Assembly (NCBI GenBank): GCA_963833575.1
Contig: CAWHXY010000004.1
Coordinates: 800,001 to 864,000, forward strand
From: Candidatus Bathyarchaeota archaeon
GTDB lineage: Archaea > Thermoproteota > Bathyarchaeia > Bathyarchaeales > Bathycorpusculaceae
Direction: 5' to 3'
DNA: 64,000 nucleotides
Shown: piece by piece, positions 58,614 through 64,000 of the stretch
How positions within the stretch are numbered: position 1 is the first letter of the stretch
Layout of the letters: each line of letters starts with the position of its first letter
Position numbers and translations under genes: made by a program
The notes under the pieces: generated by a model
Told to the model about the DNA's origin: nothing
Databases searched by the model: none
The model's input: the letters and a program-made list of their open reading frames with translations, nothing else

Positions 58614-59993
58614 CTATTGCAAGGTTTTGAGGCTTTTTTGAAGCATCAGAGTGTAATCCTTGACTAGCTTTAAGGCTTTTTCTTGGTTTTTTGCCTCAGC
58701 ATATAACCTAAACACTGGTTCTGTCCCGCTTGGTCTAATAAGTATGGCACTGTTATCGCTGAACCAAATTTTTACGCCGTCAAGCGTGTTAATGTTTTCG
58801 CCTTTCACTTGCTCAACGATTTTTTTAAGCAATGGTTCTTTTTTCTCGTCGGGGCACTCGATTTTCCCCTTCTCAATGAAATATTGCGGTTGCTCAGCCA
58901 CTAGAGCAGAAAGCTTCTTTCCAGTTTGAGCCATTATGTCAAGAAGCAAAGCAGTTGTCATTGCGCCATCTCTAACTGCTTGGTGGGGACCGTAAAAAAT
59001 TCCACCGTTTTCTTCTCCACCCAGTTTAGCATCTAGCTCTTTCATCTTCTGTGAAACGGTGACGCTTCCAACTTTGGTCCAAATTAGCTCGCCTTTGTAG
59101 GCTTGTACAGTGTCTTTGATTAATGTCGAGGAGCTTACAGGTGTGATTATTTTTGCTCCTGAGTTTTTGGTTAGGAATTGTTTTATGACCACGGCAAAGG
59201 TTTTGTCGCCCCAGTAGATGGTGCCGTTTTCGTCTGTGAAGATTGAGCGATCAGCGTCGCCGTCAAAAGCTACTCCCATATCTGCGCCGATTGCTTTCAC
59301 AATTGAAGATAAATCTGTGAGGCTTTCAGGTCTAGGCTCAGGAAGTCTTCCGGGAAAAGTGCCATCAATGTTAGCGTTAATAGTTGTTATCTTACAGCCA
59401 AGTTCCCTTAGCAAGGGAGGCGCAGTGAGACCGCCCACGCTATTCGCTGCATCTACGACAACATGGAAGTGCTTTTCAGCAATTTTCTTTATATTTACAT
59501 GTTTTTTTATGGCTTGGATATATTCATCGTTAATTGCTGATAAATCACGTACTGTTCCAAGCTGATCCCATTGTGCAAAAACTAGTTTGTTATCAAAGTA
59601 AATATTTTCTATTTCTGTTTCTTGCTCGTGTGAAGTTTCAATTCCGTCGCTCCAAATGACTTTAATGCCATTATATTCTGGTGGGTTATGTGAAGCTGTT
59701 ATTATTACTCCGCCATCCATTTTGTGATTCTTAACAGCAAATTGCAGGGCTGGTGTTGGAGCCATACCAGCGAAAAACACGTTGCACCCAGTTGCTGTTA
59801 AACCTGAAATTACTGCTTTAGCAAGCATGTTTCCGCTTGTTCTAGCGTCAAATCCTAAAAGTAGATTTTTTCTTCCAAAAAAAGTTCCAATTGCACAGCC
59901 TACTTTTATGGCCATTTCAGGTGTTAATTCTATGTTAACTAATCCCCGTATTCCGTTTGTTCCGAAAAGCTTTCTTTCGCTCATAAATTTCAC
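58614..59993 (-). CDS. glmM: Phosphoglucosamine mutase / phosphohexomutase
   Basis: FGTNGIRG, TASHNP, FDGDADR, RPSGTEP. Confidence 0.9.
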   Translation of the reverse strand: MKFMSERKLFGTNGIRGLVNIELTPEMAIKVGCAIGTFFGRKNLLLGFDARTSGNMLAKAVISGLTATGCNVFFAGMAPTPALQFAVKNHKMDGGVIITASHNPPEYNGIKVIWSDGIETSHEQETEIENIYFDNKLVFAQWDQLGTVRDLSAINDEYIQAIKKHVNIKKIAEKHFHVVVDAANSVGGLTAPPLLRELGCKITTINANIDGTFPGRLPEPRPESLTDLSSIVKAIGADMGVAFDGDADRSIFTDENGTIYWGDKTFAVVIKQFLTKNSGAKIITPVSSSTLIKDTVQAYKGELIWTKVGSVTVSQKMKELDAKLGGEENGGIFYGPHQAVRDGAMTTALLLDIMAQTGKKLSALVAEQPQYFIEKGKIECPDEKKEPLLKKIVEQVKGENINTLDGVKIWFSDNSAILIRPSGTEPVFRLYAEAKNQEKALKLVKDYTLMLQKSLKTLQ

Positions 59994-60004
59994 TTCATTG
60001 CTAT

Positions 60005-61096
60005 CTAACAGTGAATCTTGGGTTTTAAAACGTTTTCAGCCACTTCTTTACCTGGACAGATCTTGCCTGAAAGTTCGAGATTGTCTCTAACTTTTGCGTA
60101 GTCAGCAATTATGCAGTCACTGCAAATTTTCACATTTTTTCCAATACTTGCTGCCTCGCCAATTATTGCTCCCTCGATTGATACGCAATCGTCTATTGTT
60201 ACATCTGCAAAGATTACGGAATTGCTTATTTGTGCATTTTTGCCGACCTTAACATTTTTTCCCAAAATGGCATAAGGCCCAATAACCGACTTTTCCCCAA
60301 CAGAAACCCCTCTATCGAGGGCAACTGGGTTTCTTAACTCAAAGTTTTTTCCTTTTTTCAATTTGGTATTTTTGTTTAGTGAATCAAGTATTATTCTGTT
60401 TGTCTCTAGGTACTCTTCTGGTCTACCTATATCCATCCATAAGCCATTAGTGATGTAACCGGAGAGTTTACCTTCTTCGGCAAGTTTAGGGAAAACTTCT
60501 CGTTCCACTGAAACTGCTTTTCTAGAAGGAATATAATCGAAGACTTTAGGGCTTAGAACGTAAACACCTGCATTAATGAGGTTACTTGGAGCTTGGTCTT
60601 TGGGTGGTTTTTCGATGAATCGTTTTATGCAGTTGCCATTTCCCATTTCAGCCACCCCATATCTTGAAGGATCGTTAACCTTGCAGAGGGCAATTGTTGC
60701 TAAAGCGTTCGATTTTAAATGTACATTTAGCAACTCTTTGATGCTTAGTTGTGCAAAAATGTCGCCGTTCAAAACAATGAATGGATCATTGTTTCCAATC
60801 AACTTTTCAGCTTTTTTTACTGGTCCTGCAGTTCCCAGAGGTGTTTTGGACGGATCAATCGAAAACTTTATTTTCAAACCGTGCCTGCGGAGACGTTGCT
60901 GTCTTATGTGAAATTGTGTTAATGCATTAACTGCCAATATAGCTTCATTAACGCCATTGTTGGATAATCCTTCAAGAATCCATTCCAGCAAGGGTTTGTT
61001 AACTATTGGAAAAAGAGTCTTAGGTCGAGCGCAACTTAGTGGTCTGAGCCTTGTTGCGAAGCCTCCTGCTAAGATTACTGCTTTCAGTTGTGACAC
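60005..61096 (-). CDS. NDP-sugar pyrophosphorylase (mannose-1-phosphate guanylyltransferase-like)
   Basis: LAGGFATRLRPL, FIEKP, hexapeptide C-terminus. Confidence 0.9.
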   Translation of the reverse strand: MSQLKAVILAGGFATRLRPLSCARPKTLFPIVNKPLLEWILEGLSNNGVNEAILAVNALTQFHIRQQRLRRHGLKIKFSIDPSKTPLGTAGPVKKAEKLIGNNDPFIVLNGDIFAQLSIKELLNVHLKSNALATIALCKVNDPSRYGVAEMGNGNCIKRFIEKPPKDQAPSNLINAGVYVLSPKVFDYIPSRKAVSVEREVFPKLAEEGKLSGYITNGLWMDIGRPEEYLETNRIILDSLNKNTKLKKGKNFELRNPVALDRGVSVGEKSVIGPYAILGKNVKVGKNAQISNSVIFADVTIDDCVSIEGAIIGEAASIGKNVKICSDCIIADYAKVRDNLELSGKICPGKEVAENVLKPKIHC

Positions 61097-61152
61097 CTTG
61101 TTTTGGGGTAATGTATTGGTTCTTTTTTACTTAAACAGTTTTGGGAACTATT

Positions 61153-62703
61153 TTACTCCCACTCGATGGTTGCAGGTGGCTTATGAGTAATATCATAAAC
61201 CACACGAGTGACTTGTGGAATCTCATTTGTAATCCTAGTTGAGATTTTTTCAAGCACTGGATAAGGAATTTGGGCAAAATTGGCTGTCATAGCTTCTCGG
61301 CTTTCCGCTGCACGAACCGCCACTACGTACCCATATGCTCTGGAGTCACCTTTAACGCCAGTTGCTTTTGTATCTGTTAGCACCGCAAAGTATTGCCACA
61401 GCTTCTCTTCTAAGTTATTTTTCTCAATTTCCTGACGGACGATTGCATCGGCTTTCTTGGCAACACTTACTTTCTCCGGGGTCAGTTCACCTATTATTCG
61501 AACTGCCAATCCTGGTCCTGGAAATGGTTGTCGATTGACCAGTTCCTTGGGTAAGTTAAGCATTGTTGCAACTTTACGCACCTCGTCTTTGTAGAGATCA
61601 CGGAGAGGTTCAACGATTTTTTTAAAACTTATGTTTGTTGGCAGTCCAGCGACATTATGGTGGGATTTTATTACATCTGAGTTTTTTCTTATGCCTGATT
61701 CTATTCTGTCTGGGTAAATAGTGCCTTGAAGCAGATATTGGGCGCCGGACTTTTTTGCTATTTCCTCAAAAACCCTGATAAACTCTTCTCCAATTACCTT
61801 GCGTTTCTTTTCAGGGTCGACTACTCCGTTGAGCTTTTTCATAAAGCGGTCTTGTGCATCTGCCACAATGAAGTTTATGGGGAATTTTCCGAATGTTTCG
61901 CGGATGGCCTCAGGTTCGCCTTCCCGCATGAATCCATGATCAACGAAAACGGCTGTGAGTTTATCTCCTAATGCTTTTGCAGCTAATACGGTGGCGACGC
62001 TTGAGTCTATTCCGCCGCTCAAGCCTATTATAGCTTCGGCTGAACCAACATCAGTTTTTATCTCATTAACCATTTTTTCGATTATATCTTCTACTTTCCA
62101 ATTAGCTTCACATTTGCAGACCTCAAATATGAAATTGCGAAGCATGCGGGCGCCTTTTTCTGTATGGATCACTTCTGGGTGCCACTGCAACCCGTAAATG
62201 GGTTTTTGTTTATGTCTGAAGGCGGCAACTGGGCAGTTGTCTGTATGCGCTAACACCTCAAAATCCGGCGGTAAGGCAAAAACTGTGTCGCCGTGGCTCA
62301 TCCAAACTTTTTCTTGCCCGCTTGACCCTTCTAGCACCCCTACCGGCTTGTCAATAGCTACTTGTGCGATTCCATATTCTTTGCATGCTGCTGGTTCAAC
62401 TTTTCCGTTGGTTAGTTGAGCTAGGAGTTGGTGTCCATAACATAGTCCTAAGACAGGTAAATTTACCTCTAAAATGCGAGGATTAAGTTTAGGGGCATTT
62501 GGTTCATAAACGCTTGAGGGACCGCCGGAGAGAATTAAGCCTTTAACATTGAATTTTTCATTCAGAGCTTTAATTTCTTCAGGTGATATGTCATGCGGGA
62601 CAATTTCTGAGTAGACCCCGTTTTCTCTAATTCTTCTGCCGATAAGGTGGCAGTATTGCCCTCCAAAGTCCAGAACTAATATCGTATCATATTTTACTTG
62701 CAT
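61153..62703 (-). CDS. guaA: GMP synthase (fused GATase and ATPPase)
   Basis: LGLCYGHQ, QWHPEV, SGGIDSS, IKSHHNV, KPPATIEWE. Confidence 0.97.
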   Translation of the reverse strand: MQVKYDTILVLDFGGQYCHLIGRRIRENGVYSEIVPHDISPEEIKALNEKFNVKGLILSGGPSSVYEPNAPKLNPRILEVNLPVLGLCYGHQLLAQLTNGKVEPAACKEYGIAQVAIDKPVGVLEGSSGQEKVWMSHGDTVFALPPDFEVLAHTDNCPVAAFRHKQKPIYGLQWHPEVIHTEKGARMLRNFIFEVCKCEANWKVEDIIEKMVNEIKTDVGSAEAIIGLSGGIDSSVATVLAAKALGDKLTAVFVDHGFMREGEPEAIRETFGKFPINFIVADAQDRFMKKLNGVVDPEKKRKVIGEEFIRVFEEIAKKSGAQYLLQGTIYPDRIESGIRKNSDVIKSHHNVAGLPTNISFKKIVEPLRDLYKDEVRKVATMLNLPKELVNRQPFPGPGLAVRIIGELTPEKVSVAKKADAIVRQEIEKNNLEEKLWQYFAVLTDTKATGVKGDSRAYGYVVAVRAAESREAMTANFAQIPYPVLEKISTRITNEIPQVTRVVYDITHKPPATIEWE

Positions 62704-62919
62704 TTTAGTGGGCTCTATTTATTGGGGTTTAAGCTAGTAATTTAAGATTACTATCTGTTTTCTATAAAGTTAAGTGTCTTTAGAACCTCACAGATTTAGT
62801 TTAGTCAGCGGTTATATTTTAGTGGAAAATACTAAACTTTTATTAAGATAATCATATGATAATTAAAATTCGTTTCAAGAAGACTGACCAAATTGAATGA
62901 ACGTTCAGGAAAGTTGATT

Positions 62920-63363
62920 ATGGACTTAAATGAAACAGACTTAAAAATTCTTAAAGGTCTCTTAGAGGACGCACGGTTTTCAAGTAGACAAATAGCCAAA
63001 AACGTCGGTGTTTCAGTTGGGACCGTTTTGTCTAGAATTAAAAAGATGGAGGACGAAGGTCTCATCAAAGGATATTCAGTCCTTTTGGACCATGAAAAAC
63101 TTGGTTTCCAATTGACTGTAGTAACTGAAATTACTGTTTCAAAAGGCAGGCTTGTGGAAACTGAAAATGAAATCGCTAAAATCTCCAACGTTTGTAGCGT
63201 TTATGATGTAACAGGCTTAACTGACGCCATAATTGTTGCAAAGTTTAAGAGCCGAGAGGATCTTGGCGCGTTTACTAAGAAGCTTTTGTCTTTGCCATAC
63301 ATTGAGCGGACAAACACTCATGTGGTTTTGACGACAGTTAAAGAAAACTTCCGTCTGCTCTAA
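62920..63363 (+). CDS. Lrp/AsnC family transcriptional regulator
   Basis: DLKILKGL..DAR.S.RQIA HTH and VYDVTG.TD RAM domain. Confidence 0.93.
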   Translation: MDLNETDLKILKGLLEDARFSSRQIAKNVGVSVGTVLSRIKKMEDEGLIKGYSVLLDHEKLGFQLTVVTEITVSKGRLVETENEIAKISNVCSVYDVTGLTDAIIVAKFKSREDLGAFTKKLLSLPYIERTNTHVVLTTVKENFRLL

Positions 63364-63374
63364 TTACCTATTTT

Positions 63375-64000
63375 TTAGGTATGGTTTTCTTTCTTATATT
63401 TTAGTTCTGGCGCAGAGATAGTTATTTTTGTTCCTGAAGCTACAGGGGAGGTTACCCAAACATTTCCCCCGATTACGACATTGTCGCCTATTACTGCTTC
63501 TGCTCCCAGAAGTGTTGCCCCTGAGTAAATAACTACATTGCTGCCAACGGTTGGATGTCTTTTTCTTCCTTTGATAATGTTTCCTTTCTCGTCTTTTGGA
63601 AAGCTAAGTGCGCCCAATGTTACGCCTTGGTAGAGTTTGACGTTGTCGCCTATTTCTGCTGTTTCTCCAATAACAACACCTGTGCCATGGTCTATGAAAA
63701 AGTTCTTGCCAATTCTTGCTCCAGGATGAATATCTATTCCGGTTAAAGAGTGAAGGTGCTCGCTCATTATTCGTGGGATCAATGGAACGCCGCTAAGGTA
63801 AAGTTCATGAGCAATTCTGTATGTTGTAATCGCTAGTACACATGGGTAGCTTAGGATAACTTCATCAGTGCTTACCGCTGCGGGGTCGCCTGCGTAGGCT
63901 GCTTGGATGTCACCGCTTAAGGTTGCCCTGATTTCAGGTAGTTTTTCAAGAAGACCTTTGACGACAATATTTGCTCGCTTTTGGCAAACATCTTGGGGGC
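63375..64000 (-). CDS. cysE: Serine O-acetyltransferase (5' part beyond the window)
   Basis: GDPAA...SYP upstream of the listed ORF; [20 protein letters not shown]. Confidence 0.92.
   Translation of the reverse strand, partial: PQDVCQKRANIVVKGLLEKLPEIRATLSGDIQAAYAGDPAAVSTDEVILSYPCVLAITTYRIAHELYLSGVPLIPRIMSEHLHSLTGIDIHPGARIGKNFFIDHGTGVVIGETAEIGDNVKLYQGVTLGALSFPKDEKGNIIKGRKRHPTVGSNVVIYSGATLLGAEAVIGDNVVIGGNVWVTSPVASGTKITISAPELKYKKENHT

Overview
Archaeal chromosome segment, most consistent with Bathyarchaeia (TACK). This assignment is inferred from the paralogous PQQ-like beta-propeller surface proteins, the archaeosortase, and the gene order. About 15-64 kb is mostly housekeeping: srp54-pus10-rpl21e-rpo4-rsmA, rpl10e-ppsA, dph2-csl4-rpo11-tfs-pcn-priL-priS-gins15-rpl44e-rps27e-nop10, mcm-gins23, gdhA, rfcS/L, nfi, translin, taw1, rpo12, trm5/trm112, sugar-nucleotide genes, guaA and a partial cysE. 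The first ~14.7 kb is accessory and holds the best novelty candidate, a repeated cassette. Each cassette has a conserved operator/TATA block, a ~900-1000 aa secreted beta-propeller gene, a T-rich terminator, and a ~105-112 nt structured non-coding element. The element occurs in three copies (1-90 partial, 6142-6253, 9572-9676). It has compensatory base changes, a bulge-helix-bulge-like closing stem, and a conserved anti-Shine-Dalgarno tract; the opposite strand carries an SD-led small ORF. Other points of note: aIF2-alpha is reduced to a 54-codon remnant at its conserved locus, an unannotated C/D box sRNA appears to target 23S domain V, a membrane-anchored ArsR regulator is broken by an amber codon and a frameshift, and a UDP-sugar dehydrogenase is catalytically degenerate. 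No tRNA, rRNA, CRISPR array, intein or transposase was recognised. All calls come from reading the sequence and motifs; no database searches were run.
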